A stretch of 64,000 nt of DNA from the NCBI GenBank assembly GCA_050575255.1, contig JBNZDD010013726.1, positions 9,888,618-9,952,617 on the forward strand. Reading direction: 5' to 3'. Positions 49,115 through 62,191 of this stretch are shown one piece after another. Made by a program: the position numbers and the translations under genes. This DNA comes from Harriotta raleighana. Its lineage: Eukaryota. The notes below the pieces were generated by a model. It saw only the letters and a list, made by a program, of their open reading frames with translations. It was not told the DNA's origin and made no database searches. How positions within the stretch are numbered: the first letter of the stretch is position 1; the number at the start of each line of letters is the position of its first letter.

Positions 49115-50777
49115 AATAAAAAAAAGTGTACAAATTGGGATTGAGTCGACTGGGTTTGAATGTTGTAATAGCATTGCTCCTATCCACACTTGGAGGAGGT
49201 GGATTGAGCAACACTTGAGTATTGAACAATACTTTGATTCACATGCCAGCATTATTATAAACTTCACAAGGGAGCATTATCAATGCAGACTTGCTCTGGT
49301 TTGCTTCCACGAGGAGAGGTATCCAGTACAGCACGCATTAAAGCAAAATGAAAGTAGCTGGGGAAGAGGTTTGTTTCTCAATTTGTGCATTGCATGGAGT
49401 TGAGGGATTGATCTTTTCCATACAGTTCGTCACCTGGTGGCGGGGCTGTTAGTGAGAGCAGCTGAATGTTCGCTAGAATTTCTCAAACCAGGTAGAAAGA
49501 CTGTAGAGTAAAAGAATTGGAGGAACAGCTGCACAAACTCACTTAACAGTACTTCTCACCAATCCTACCTCAAAACCATGATTTTTCTGGCCATATATTT
49601 TACTTTGCCATTGATCTTCCAGGTTCCATCTACAGTATAAGGAGAAAATGCTGTCAATTGTACTGTTGATGAGTAAAACCTACTTTATCTTCGAGAATGG
49701 TTCTAGTAGTGCTTTATATTTGTTTTGAGAGTAAAAATAGAACTAACCTCTATCCCAGCACTCGTCTTAATTGATTCTACTGTGCTCAAATGGACATGTT
49801 GAATTTAATGTAGCAGGAAAATTTGACATCGGTGAACTGAAATCTTGTCAGTCTTCCGTGTAGCAACTTTGATGATGAGCAATTATAATTAGAGACCGAC
49901 ATTGTCAACGTAAAAGATAAAGCGACCGAATATCTACCAAAATTAATTGTTTACCTGCAAGAAAAAGTACTGGAACAGAAACAAGGTCCCGATTCTTATT
50001 ATGCTGGAAAGAAATGTACTCCTTTCATTATTATTAATCGTATACAGTACATTTCAAGTTTGGTTTTTCATGTCAGCTTCCGATGAGATCATAAGTGGCG
50101 AGTTGTTTTCAGGAATCCAATGTGAGGAGTGACCAACCTCTCCTTTTTCCAACCTGCCTGAAGTCACAGCTACTATTCCAGTTCCCTAGCTTTGCTATTA
50201 TGGGATACAATATTTCATCAGCACTATTGCAAGAGCAACAGCTCAATTTTTTTCTCTGAAGCTGGATTTCAACAGACATCAATCTTGCAAACACTCCAAG
50301 ATGGTATCCTGAAAGTCACTATATAAATGCAATTTGTTGTTCCTATTTGATACACATATTATTTTGGGTTGCTGAGATAAACCAAAATGGTATCCCAAGA
50401 TTTACAATTATATGCTTAGACTTGGTACTGGAAAGATACCAATGAACTTCTTATCAGAATTTCTGCAGCTAAACAAACCATAGCAGAAAATCTGTTATTT
50501 AGATGCAAGGTTTTTGACAGGCAGGTCATTTTCTTAAATTTAATAAATATTGGCTGATATCAATACAGATGAAATCTGAAGGCAAATGGTGTTAACACAA
50601 GAAACATACTTGTGTAGAATGAATGTAAAGGTAGTAAAAATCAACCTTATAATGGATGACTTGTCAGGCATATCTCCCTTTACTGAAAGGGAGAGAAAAG
50701 ACTGTTTCACTAAGGTTTCGGACAAAATAGTGGGTTGTAGAAGAGTTTTCATGGCTTTGGAGCTGTGGTTCTTACAT

Positions 50778-50843
50778 TAATAATAATAAGAATAATCCTT
50801 GCATTTGATATAGCGCTTTTCACGGTCTTCTAGGCATCTCAAA
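50778..50843 (-). mobile_element. SINE 3' tail fragment
   Basis: AATAATCCTTGCATTTGATATAGCGCTTTTCACG. Confidence 0.85.
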
Positions 50844-51124
50844 TAAAATAAAGGATATTAAATTGGAAAAAAAGGATAGCGGACCCAAGTAATAAATACC
50901 TAAAGTTTAGAGATGCACATCGTGAAGATCTTGGGTTGTTAAGGACAAAGTAGAAATCAGGAGGTGAAAATAATACTGTACTAAGTTTTTTTTTAGATTA
51001 GACACAAGCTTGTGAGTGTTAATATTTTGTGACTCGGGTGCAAAGTTTACTCGCTTCCATAGTTTCATACTGCTGATCTTGATTAATGCCAACTGAGAAT
51101 ATGTAGTAGAATTAGTTAATAGAA

Positions 51125-51202
51125 GGCCTTGGGACTTGCTTCCGACGTGAAAGGCGATCTATATACACATAATTTTGTTGTTGTTATTGTTGTTGTTGTT
51201 GT
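51125..51202 (+). mobile_element. L2-type 3' tail with (TTG)n
   Basis: GCCTTGGGACTTGCTTCCGACGTGAAAGGCG..AATTTTGTTGTTGTT. Confidence 0.82.
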
Positions 51203-52019
51203 AGAAGAAACCTCTCTTTGCAACAACACAACATTAACCAATATTTTCACATTAAACATTGACATGTTATCCCGATCCAAAATATAAAAGGTCCAAACTT
51301 TGAAGCATGAGGACTTTTCAACGCCTCAGATAGGTCACAAAAAGAACAGATAGTACCATCCATAGATGCCAAGGGTAACTGAAGGACATTCTTGCTGATA
51401 GTTTGGCTTTTATAGGCCATTCTGGGAGAAAACATGCTGAAGCAGATTGCATTTTTCAGAATTCTGTGACAATTGAGGGTTGAGTAGAAGTATATGACTG
51501 ATGTGGGTCAGGAGGCCTTGAGTAAATGGGACATACAATTTTAAAACCTGGAGACAGAGTCTCCAGGGGAATTCTGCAAATGTTTCGGGATCCAAAAGAT
51601 ACAGTTATATATCAGTGTAGCTATTGTTCCTTTTTGGTTTTGTCCAGAGGAAGTGCACTGGAGAGAAATCTCGGTGTGGAAAATCTAACGTAAGGTGAGA
51701 TATACAATCGTTAGGAAGTTAGCTAATCAGCGGGAAGAAGCTGGAAAGAGTAGGTGCTTGATCCACACGGCTGGCTTTCCGCCGAGTGGCCAACGGTGAG
51801 TGAAGGCTCAACCTGGAGCAATTTCAGCTCGACTAGAAAGGGGAAAGGATTGAGAAAGAAATTCGTGTCGCCGTGCCTTTGTGAAGTACTCATGGAGCTA
51901 GAATTGAGAGTTACTCCCGCGAGTTCTGTTATTTGAGAGAAAAGTTAAGAGGTCCGAATCTGTGCAATTCTAAATTTGCCCATTACCACTGGAAAATTCT
52001 GAAAATCCGGTACGTTCGG

Positions 52020-52160
52020 GACCTAGGCGGGGCCGGATTAGCAAATCTGACGGATTATTGGATGTTACTCTCAGGGATGGGAGGATTTGAGTGTGCTGTG
52101 CTCTTATCTATGTTATATAAAGCGCGCATACGCATTTATCAAAGGTGATGTCAGTGACGG
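52020..52160 (+). promoter_or_regulatory. Candidate Pol II promoter (GC box, reverse CCAAT, TATA)
   Basis: GGCGGGGC at 52026-52033, ATTGG at 52057-52061 and TATATAAA at 52114-52121, within a CpG-retaining stretch (about 51670-52300). Confidence 0.25.
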
Positions 52161-52471
52161 CCCCCCCCGCCCCCCCGAGGAAAATGCACCGAGTTGTGTG
52201 AAGACTCTCTGGGAAGAGATGCCCATAGAGATGCGCAGATTGGAAAAAGACGGACTGTCGCAGATGCTGGATTATAAGGAATTCTGGATTAACAGGTGCC
52301 GGATTTAAAGGAACTTTACTGTATATTGTGTTCCTCTAGTGATTGAAGTTAGCAACCATGCTGTGCAAATATTTAAGAAATATCTCTAACAATAAACTGC
52401 AAAGAAAGTGTAATAATAATATAACCCGTGCATTTGATATAGGGCTTTGCGTGTCTTCAACACATCACATT

Positions 52472-52853
52472 CGAAGGCCTCCACAACCTCACCCAACTCT
52501 ACATCTGCAACCTCCTAACTGCCTCCAAACCTTCCCACCCTCTCCGCTCAGTAGGCTCCGGCCTACTCCTCATCCCCCAATCCACCCACCCCACCATTGG
52601 CTGGCGAGCCTTCGGCCACTCTGCCCCCCTGACCTCTGGAACTACATCTCGCAATCCCTCCGCCTCGCCCCCACTCCCTGGCCTCCTTAAAATCCTGCCT
52701 CAAGACGGTCGCATTGATCACCCCAAATCACCCCCTTTCCCTCCCTATTCCCCGACCTCAGCTCGAGTTGGAAACACTGACTGTCCAGTGCCTTGGGACG
52801 GCCTCCCGAGGTGAAAGGAGCCTTACAAGTGGAATTTTGCTGTTGTTGTTGTT
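52472..52853 (+). mobile_element. Degraded 5'-truncated L2 LINE
   Basis: KAL HNL..YI..LL-like remnant, GAGCCTTCGGCCACTCTGCCCC..CTCTGGAACT, CCTCAAGAC, tail CAGTGCCTTGGGACGGCCTCCCGAGGTGAAAGG..TTGTTGTTG. Confidence 0.87.
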
Positions 52854-53689
52854 GCCCTTCATGTCGGAGGACATCCTGTGATCAGTTGTTGATGGAGGTG
52901 ATAGCTTGGGCAGGTTTGACTTTATCTGTGTTTTCTGAACATGAGTTTGTGAAATATGTCACCTTATCAACTGTACTCCTTTTAATTTGACCTCTATGTA
53001 AATCCCTTTACACATGGCTTATACAATCTACTATTTGAACTCCTTTTTCCCCTCCCACCAATGGTTAATGTTCTTGATTAATTTGATATGTCAGCACCAT
53101 TAAAGAGGTGATTTTATATTGATGATACAGAGCAGAATAATGTAATATCAAACATTCAAAGCAGCAGCATTAAATGAGACAGTCTCACTACTTAATAAGA
53201 TAGACCCATTAGGAATTGGATTGAAACTTCCAAAAGTGTTTTGATCTTATAGATGACAGAGAGAGAGAGAAATCTTTATCCATCTGAATTAAGTTCTGGA
53301 GGTGAAAGAACAGTTTATCAATTCACTGCATCATCCACTTTCCCTGCTTATCAAAATACAAATTATGACAAACTAGAACACTAGGGTCTGAATCCCCAAT
53401 GTAGAAACCTGTGATCAAATCCCATTTTGATGTGATATTCACACTTGTGCTTCTCTTTGAGACTAATCTTGACAATCTCAGCTGGTCATTTCTGCGCAAA
53501 TTGTTCATGAGTACCCCCTGGCGAGTCTGCCAAAGAGTGTCTTTGAATGTATCTGTGCTGTGAACTGGACTGTTCTGCCCCCTCTATCTGAAGGAGAACA
53601 TGAATACAGAAAGCTGAGGACAAAGAATATTATGAAAATATTTAAGAAATCCCTTAACAAATAAACTGCAAAGAGATTGTCTGAGCACC

Positions 53690-53989
53690 ATAATAATATA
53701 ATCTGTGCATTTGGTATAGCGGTTTCCATGTCTTCTAGACTGTCACAAAGAGCCTCACAGTATATACTGTAAAGTGAATTGACTGTGGGCAAAACACGGG
53801 AGCTAATTGCGTACAGCAGCTCCCCACAAACAGTCATGGGTTGAAATGACCAATTTATTCTTATTTTTTGAGTGATTATTATCAGGCGTGTGGAGTAAGG
53901 AAACTTGCCAAAGGTTTCGCCCTGCCTGGAACCAAACCCAGGTCTCTCGTTTGTAAGGTGAGTGCTCTAAACGCTGAGCGACAGGATTC
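53690..53989 (-). mobile_element. tRNA-derived SINE, full length
   Basis: Minus strand GAATCCTGTCGCTCAGCGTTTAGAGCACTCACCTTACAAACGAGAGACCTGGGTTTGGTTCC plus body and tail. Confidence 0.9.
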
Positions 53990-55744
53990 TGCAATGATAC
54001 AACAATGCAATGATTTATGATTAGAATGCTTTTTTCCCGCACTGTTTTTTGTAAAATTACGTTGGATTAACAATGAGCACTGGTGACATAGTCAGGGCAG
54101 CAGACTTGCAGAAATTGCTTTGTGCAACAGTGCAAAGTGCTTAGGTTAAAATCTGAAGCTGAAAATGACAAGCTCGCAGAAACAGCCTGACTTAATGGCT
54201 ACACTAACTGAAGGTAATTTAACCTCCTCCACTATCTTCTCTCAGCTAATTGCTCCAGTTATATAATTAGTTTCCAACATCCGTAATGTTTGATGGCGAG
54301 TCTTTCAATCTTCGCTCTTGGCTGGTTACTGGTGTGAGCTTCCCTCTTTCATGACAAACAGAGCAAAACTGTACAATTTGCTTCTCTGAACAACCTATAC
54401 ACCCACTAGTGATAATAATCCCTCAAATCATTGGCTGAATACCCGGAATTTCTGTGAAAATTTCAGATTCTGCCTCTTAATTATTTTCGAAAAATCATCC
54501 TGACTTCATGTGGTATGAATCCTATTAGCCAAGCATTTATCTACAGGCCTTTTAACATTCCCACTGGTTCCACATTAACAGTGCTTTGAGCAAGTGAATT
54601 CCACAATCCTACAGGACTCTCAGAGTAAAGCAAGCTCAATTGCTCAATTTAAAAAAATTCTAATTGTTCTGAATTCTGAAATCAAGGTCTTAGATTTTTT
54701 TTTAAAGTGTTTTTTTTTCGAAGGTGTGGTTCCCAAAACTGTACTCAGTTGTGCAGCTTTAAACAAAACAGAATTCAATTTTAAAAAAAGTTTGCAACGC
54801 AGATTACAATGGAAGACTTTGTGACCGGAGGTTTTGACTTGGTTTAATGGTCTGAGCAAGATTACATTCCCCTTGAACGATCACTGAGAAAATTGTGACG
54901 TAACCGATTTAATGAAATAGAAAAAGAAAAACCAAATCAATTGTGCGAGGCCTGAGGATGAACATCTTTCGAAATTCTAATCCTCCGCTTTTTTGTATTT
55001 TGTATGTCATTATTTAGAATTGATGAATTTATTCTGCAGATTATTAAATCTAAGAATAAAAATTGATAGATGTGTGTGTTTAGCGATGGAATATAAATGT
55101 CAGAGTATCTGTTGAAAGTTTAAGAAACTGGGATTTATTTAAGCTGTATAAAATTACATCAGTGCCATACCAATTTGATTAGTTGACGCTCGCATGTAAG
55201 GGAGTCCGCAAGAAAAAGGCTGAACATTATTTCATATCTCTCCTAGTCTTTTAGATCTCTATCTGTCGGCTAATACTGCCTCCTCTAACACCCAACTTCA
55301 TACCCAAAGTGAGGTTTCAAGAGGATCAAGTTTCTGTGTGCCAATCTGTTTTGTGCAAATCGTACTGAAAAAAAGTGTGCTGTTTACAGCTTTAACATTG
55401 ATTGACACAACTGAGATGCTTTATGGATTTGCCCTTCACTTCTGTTCAGTGTATGCTGGGGGGATATAGTTTCACTGTGGACAGGATCTTGTGATACTGA
55501 CAGGAATGAATTTCTGGTTTGAATTTCAACTGTGTTAAACTTCCGTCTATCTGCTGCAATCATTCTCCCCATTTCTTCTTTCCTTTTGATCTTTCAGCAC
55601 TTTTGTTTCTTTTTCAATGAAGTTACCTCCCAGTATAAGCCTGACAAGCAAACCGTGGAAGAAACATTCGGGATGGGAAGTGGAATTTGTACTGTGTGTT
55701 GTGATACTTATCAGCAATGGTGAGGAAGATCTGAAGTTGAAAGC

Positions 55745-56041
55745 ATAATAATAATAATACTAATCCTTGCATTTGATATAGTGCTTTTCACATCTTCTAG
55801 ATGTCTCAAAACACTTCACAGAATATAATGTAAAGAGAATTGTCTGTATATTTTGTGGGCGAAACTCTGCGGCCGATTGTGCACAAGCAGTCATGGATTG
55901 AAGTGACCAAATTTTATTTTAAGGGATTATTATTAAGCATGTGAAGTAAAGAAACTTGCCCAAGGTTTCGCCCTGCCTGAAACTGAACCCAGATCCCTCG
56001 CTTGTAAGGCGAGTACTCAAACTACTGAGCTACAGGATTCC
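55745..56041 (-). mobile_element. tRNA-derived SINE, full length
   Basis: Minus strand GGAATCCTGTAGCTCAGTAGTTTGAGTACTCGCCTTACAAGCGAGGG plus body and tail. Confidence 0.9.
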
Positions 56042-58254
56042 AATAAGAAGCTGTATTGCTTTAACAATTGGAATGATGTAAAGTGCAAGGTTAAATTGGA
56101 GAGAAAATACATTTATGTAAATAATTATTTCAAATTCAAGATTTTTTTTTAACAGTGAAATGGTTTGAGACAGATCTGAAAATACAGAGGCGTTTTCAAA
56201 CCTGAATGAAAATAAAATTGAGATGAATGACAATTTGCATGAATTAGCGTAGTGAAATAAATTGCAAAATAGTGTCCAATTTGCAATATGTCTGATGTTC
56301 TTTCCCTCTCCCCCTCCACTGCAATATTCTACCAATTACCACACGTCTAATATACTGTTATTATTCTTATGCATGTTCCCAGTCAGCAAATACCGCTTTA
56401 TCATTCACTTTTCTACATGACGATGCTTCAAATTCTGCCATTTATTGAACTCACTTGTGTGTGGTCAAACCTGGTGTTAATTATACACTTTCTGAAATGC
56501 CCTCAGAGCCTGTGCAATGCTGAAAGAGTTCCTTCTTAAATACCTTTACTAAGGCTGAATAAGCTAAATTAGCCTTTTCCTTCCTTGTCACTAAATATTT
56601 TAGTGTCCATTTCAGGAGTGAGCAAGGTTGATGGGAACTGCGAATATGGAGCAATCCTTTGAATGTGTGATTTACAACATTTGGGCAGAAAATAATTTTG
56701 GGCCCTACATTGTTCCAGTGATGTTTGGTTTAGTAACTTTTTATAGCATTTGGGAAAAGAATATAGGGAAATTGACAGCATATTGAAGAGCCCTATTTCC
56801 TTATGTCAATGTGATGAGGATGATATAAGGCTTTGCCTGTTGTATTTATTGTTAGTATTTTAGGACATCTGTAATGTGGAGTCTAAATCCAATAACAATA
56901 AATTATGCTGGTTTGCTACTTCATTGCCCAATACATTCGAAATGTATCTACTTTAAGCGTTGGTTAAGATTTTAAATATTAAACAGCAATAAAATCTAAA
57001 GACAGGTACCAAAGGCAAGATGTTTTCTGTAGGAGTCCGTAACACATGATGTAACAGAGGCCCTTGAAATACTACAATCATTTCATTCTCTGCTCCATCA
57101 GAGTTCCAGTTTTCTTTCCCCCTCCCTCAGTACAAATAGGTGCCACGGCATTTGAATCGTTGGCCTTGTAGATCTGCACTAAGATGTTTACATTAACCAT
57201 TGCTGGAGAGCCTTTTAGATCAATGTTTAGGACAATATCGATGGTTATATCAAGCTTCCCTTGACATATACTTGTGGTTCACACCTTAGATCTTAGGCAT
57301 AGGAAATCTTCGTCTGATCTTACACCTAACTGAAGGGATTTCCTCACTCACTCTGTTGGTTCTTTTCCATCTGGAACTCTTCATGATTTCTCATTAAAAC
57401 TTGTGCAATGCAAAGTTATTATTTATAGTGATTGATGCATGGTAACACACTATTGTCTGGGGTTCATGCAAAACAAAATAGCAAAATCGCACATGATTTT
57501 ACAGATATGGTTGGGGTGAAACTTTGACGGGAAAAACACAGTTTCAACTGAGGTTGCCAAAATGTAGACGAGGTATTTTTTTTGTGTTATTGTGTGCTGT
57601 ACAATTTGCAATGTTTGTATGTTTTATTTGAATCAATCGCATAATAGCCATCAGAGAGAAGTTGATATTGGGCAGCCGCAACAAATGCGAACACTATCAG
57701 GGCGTCAAGATTGAACGAAACGCAGTACATTTCAATGCATCACGCAACCACTCATTTTTTTTTTAGTAGTGTCTAGAATAAAGTGTCAATCATGAGCGAC
57801 TAGCAGTAGCATAGCTAAATATGTCCATATGAAAATAACAGAGCTCAATTCCACAGCTCGCTGGAAAAACTACTCACTGGAGACCACCTTGAACTTAAAC
57901 CTATCCCATTGCCCACGTTGGAAATATTGCTTTAGTACCCCCAAAGCTCTCTGGGATGAGAGCCCTGATTTGCTTGGTTGGTACCTCTTGTTTGCTTGGG
58001 TGTGGGATTGTGCCCTAAAACCATCAGACACCATGTTCATGCCTCCCAGGAAACCCGACAGCCACCCTCGCTCTCTTTCGAAAGAGCAGCAGTGTGACGT
58101 TTGATTTCTTAAGAATAAAGGAATCCTGCACATCTCTTGGGAACGCTACACCGCCATAAATTATTTTCCTGCGGGGGGACGGGGGGGGGGGTGGTGGGGG
58201 GTGGTTTCATACCACAAGCACATCGATGGACTGCGGCTCTCCCTACGCAGATTA

Positions 58255-58317
58255 GCCTTGGGACGCCCTCCCGACGTGAAAGGCGCTCTACAAATGTTAT
58301 TTTGTTGTTGTTGCTGT
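58255..58317 (+). mobile_element. L2-type 3' tail
   Basis: GCCTTGGGACGCCCTCCCGACGTGAAAGGCGCTCTACAAATGTTATTTTGTTGTTGTTG. Confidence 0.85.
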
Positions 58318-58444
58318 GGCCGTAAAAAAAAACGTGCGGTGGGAAAACAAACACTGGATTATTTGCAAAATGTCATTTTAGCGACAAGTCGATTGTCACT
58401 TTGGGAGTCAATAAGGTTGGGAAGCATCGTTGCTGCTTCTTATT

Positions 58445-58570
58445 CCATTCACCTACAAATACACAGTCACTGTGTTTCATAGTGAATCCTGCGCTAAGTA
58501 GTTTGAAAGATCCGCCCAGTATGAAGGAATCTATATTAAATGCAAGGAATATTAATTATTGTATTATCAT
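58445..58570 (+). mobile_element. SINE 3' fragment
   Basis: TTCACCTACAAATACACAGTCAC..CTATATTAAATGCAAGGAATATT. Confidence 0.7.
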
Positions 58571-59431
58571 TACGACTGCTCCACACACCTCTCCATGTTC
58601 ACCTACTCACCAGTTTGTACAGTATATTATGTTACAGATGAAACTAAAATCCTAAGTTTCTGATCTTAATAATTATTGAAGTTGTATTCCCTTTTTTGTG
58701 TGTGTGTGTGTGTGTGAAATCTACGTGTTCCTGGAGAAAATAAAAGCACCGGAAAGAATTTAATTCTACTCCATTTGCCCATGTGCATTTTGAGCCCTCA
58801 GATAAAATAATATTAATGATGCAGATGTCATGCCATATATTCATTCATATGTATTGTGAATACTCACTGCAGGCTTAGCACATTTTCTCTTTCCAAATTA
58901 TTTTATTTCTTGATCTCATGACTGCTAAAGGGCTTTTGGAGTACTTGTTTTAAATTCACTTGCCACCAAAATTACATTTTGCAAATAATCCAGTGTTATA
59001 GCATGTGACATGGTTCGATGTAGTTTAATCAGTCTGGAATAATTAATTACTGTACTTCATATCCTCCAGAATACTAGCCTTGTGATGCTATAAATATGAA
59101 GTACATTGAGTGGTTTACGGCAAATCTGCCTAAAGTTACAGTATTTACATAATATTCTTTACTCGTGTCATTGCATTACAATCCTGTTCAGAGATCAGGC
59201 CTTTTTCCTGCTGCTGGAAATACTAATATTTTAATCTATTACATAAAATACCACAGAGCCGAGAGCATGTTAAAGGCTATAGCACACCCTTCAAATTCTA
59301 ATGGTCTATGTAAAACACACTGTAAAACTCATGTTTTTTTTAAAATCAGCTGAAACCCTTCGATTCTGGTTAGCCTGGTAATTGTCATTTCGATCTACGT
59401 ATTTTTCTGCATCGGCTGCAAAGTCTTACAA

Positions 59432-59537
59432 AGTTCGCCTTCCAATATGCGGTCACTACACTCTATGCTAAACCCCGTGAAGCACTTTTAGACATTTCAG
59501 TGATGTGCTAGATCAAATGCAACGATTATTATTATTT
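59432..59537 (+). mobile_element. SINE 3' fragment
   Basis: CGTGAAGCACTTTT..GATCAAATGCAACGATTATTATTATT. Confidence 0.7.
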
Positions 59538-59639
59538 TAAAATATTGTGGAATGGTTTTGACTACCGACTTGCTGTAAACAATCTAGATTTGTCTCGGCC
59601 GTATGTCACCAGAAGGCTCATGTAACAGTGCTCAGTATT

Positions 59640-60430
59640 AAGCCCAGTGCGATAGCTTTCAACTCAAAACTATCGCTGCACATGTTCGCCTGTAACATTG
59701 CTTATGTACGAGGGCTTTCTTCCATATCAGTAATTATGGGCATCTAAACAAGCTTTTGCTGACCACTTTCTGTTGAGCCCCTGCTGATTGTCCTCTGAAA
59801 TGAGTTAATTTCCCACCAAGACACTCCGATTCCTGGCTGATACCCAGCTGAGAAGGAACGCTTTTTTATCAGGATGTAGTTACTAAGATGCACTAAATCT
59901 GCATAAATAAAAACACTTTACCAGCACGATTGACTGATTTTCTTGTGGTGCCCCAGTTATTCAATTAATCAACTACATAAGCTGTTGATTTAGATTTTTA
60001 TAGACAAATAATCATTGAATTTATTATGCTTTGTTTACAATGTCATTTCTACCATGTTCTGTCATCCACTGGGTATAAATTCCTATGGGACAAAGTAAGT
60101 AATGACAAATATTCTCCCCAAACCTGCGAGCTTGCACTAGTGTGTCAACAACATGGTAGATAATGACTAAAATGGTGGAGCAAGGTACATTAAAAAGGTT
60201 TAACTAAAAATATTGATTGAGTAACAAGTGTTTTTTGCCTGCAATTAATTAACTACATGGGTGTTCTAATAGCACATTAAAGCCTATAGCAGTTATTAAC
60301 TTCCATTGGGTCTGTATCTTTCCAGCCTCCTGTGGGTTTCTTTGCAGTGCTGCAATTTTACCAGTCTTCACTATTCTCCATTCAGAGCTTTAGGAAGTCG
60401 CCAGCCATCAACTAGCAGTGATTGAAGTAT
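59640..60430. promoter_or_regulatory. Candidate conserved non-coding block
   Basis: Repeat-free, with TAATTA-type sites and a repeated CAATTAATYAACTACAT 17-mer. Confidence 0.3.
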
Positions 60431-60598
60431 ATTTTTCAAAATAAAAACAACACAAGCACAAATCGTACTTGTCTGGACATCCATTATTTCCGACAAAGGT
60501 TCTAAATGCCTGCATCATTAGGGAAAAAAAAACTTGATTTAAGTGTATGTTTGACAACTTGTTTGTAAATGTGATGCTTTTTCTTCACTTCATCTCAT

Positions 60599-60895
60599 GA
60601 AGTCCTCAGTGGTTAGAGCACTCGCCTTACAAGTAAGAGATCAGGGTTCGATTCCCAACAGGGTAAAACGTTGGGCAAGTTTCCTTACTCCACGTGCCTG
60701 ATAATAATCCCTCAAGAAAAAAAAATAGGTTGGTCACTTCAATCCACAACTGTTTGTGAGTCACTGCTATGTGCAAATGGCTGCTGCATTTCACCTACAT
60801 AGGTACAGTCAATTCAATAGGTACAGAATATTCTGAGACATCTAGAAGCCATGAAAAGCGCTATATCAAATGCAAGGTTCAGTATTATTATTATT
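60599..60895 (+). mobile_element. tRNA-derived SINE, near full length
   Basis: CTCAGTGGTTAGAGCACTCGCCTTACAAG..GGGTTCGATTCCC plus body and tail with small deletions. Confidence 0.9.
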
Positions 60896-60999
60896 TGCAC
60901 CTGTTACGCCAGTTATGTAGATCACTGGGAGATTGTGCAAATTACAAACACCAACATGAAAATTAGAGCTATTAAAAATAATCTGAGATCGACCTCAGG

Positions 61000-61098
61000 A
61001 TAATAAAATAATAATAATTGCATTGATATTGCGTATTTTTGCATCTTTCAGATGTGTCAAAGCGCTTCACAGAATATGCAGTGAAGAGAATTGACTAC
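61000..61098 (-). mobile_element. SINE 3' fragment
   Basis: AATAATAATTGCATTGATAT..CAAAGCGCTTCACAGAATATGCAGTGAAGAGAATTGACT. Confidence 0.75.
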
Positions 61099-62191
61099 AC
61101 TTGCCTAGAAACCACCATGGAAAGTATGGATGAGACGGTGACATTGCCGCAGCAATCTGTAGGAAAACTAGAAATTCAGAAAACAATGGTCAGTTTTCTT
61201 TATCTGACACTCCCCACCTCCCCCCACCACTCAATCCCCTGCATTCAATACAGCTGTGGATCGTTTCTTTCATGCCATTAGCAAGAAAAGAGGTGAAGTA
61301 GCCTGAATTAAATTTCAGTCCCGACCTTAGCTCTACCTGGAGGAGATGATCGCATGAATGGTTGGCCGTTCTCTGTTGCACAAAACAAATTTTGTTCTGC
61401 TCGTTCTTGGACCCTTGAAAGCCTCTGGGTGATACAAGTGACACACGAACTTTCCAGGTATGCTTTATAATGTCTGCTGTCAGTTTTCTAATGGCCCCAA
61501 TGTGATGCAAAACAAGACCAGCGCAAATCAGGTCTCTTGATTTAGTTGGGCGATGCTCACGGAACTACTAGAGAAAGGGTGTCAATTCTAGTAATGCTTT
61601 GGAATTGCCAGTCCCCGTAGTTAATAGTCACAGTTATTCATTTCTATTTTGGAAATGGCAGTCAATGTCAGGGTTCCTGGTCTTGAAACAGTTTCTTGCT
61701 TGGAGTTACGCACAGTTTGGTGAATGGTTTTGCATTCACAACTCTTTCTGTCTTTCTTTGTGATGTGCTTTTAGTTCAGCCTCTAAACCCCAACATCTTA
61801 ACATCACAGCGTTCCTCATCACTCTAGTTAACACTCTTAGGACATGTCGAGAATAGCTGAAAATGTTTACTTTTTCTTTATGCTTTTGTTCTGCTTTAGT
61901 TTTACTCTCAATTGTATTAGTTTTTGTCACACCAGAAGTCACGAGCAAAGACTTCAAACTAAACAGGCGTAAGCAGGACTCGAGATTAGAAGAATTTCTT
62001 TCCCAACAGGGTACTGGTTATGTTGGACAGACCCCCAACAAAAGCAATTGATGCTGAATCAACTGTATTAATTAATTCCTTCAAAATAAAATGGATAAGT
62101 ATCTGCTTGGAAACAGTGGGGGCGTTTAAGATGCTGTTTGATACTGCTGGGGAGTTTTTGAGTAGTGGAAATTTAACTAGTATTAACTGAA

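Noticed and set aside
23421-53837. Similar peptides in ORFs 23421, 46928, 47563 and 53505 (HKYTVNSLYSIFCEALWD-like) that look like a small protein family
   Set aside because: They are translations of SINE copies.
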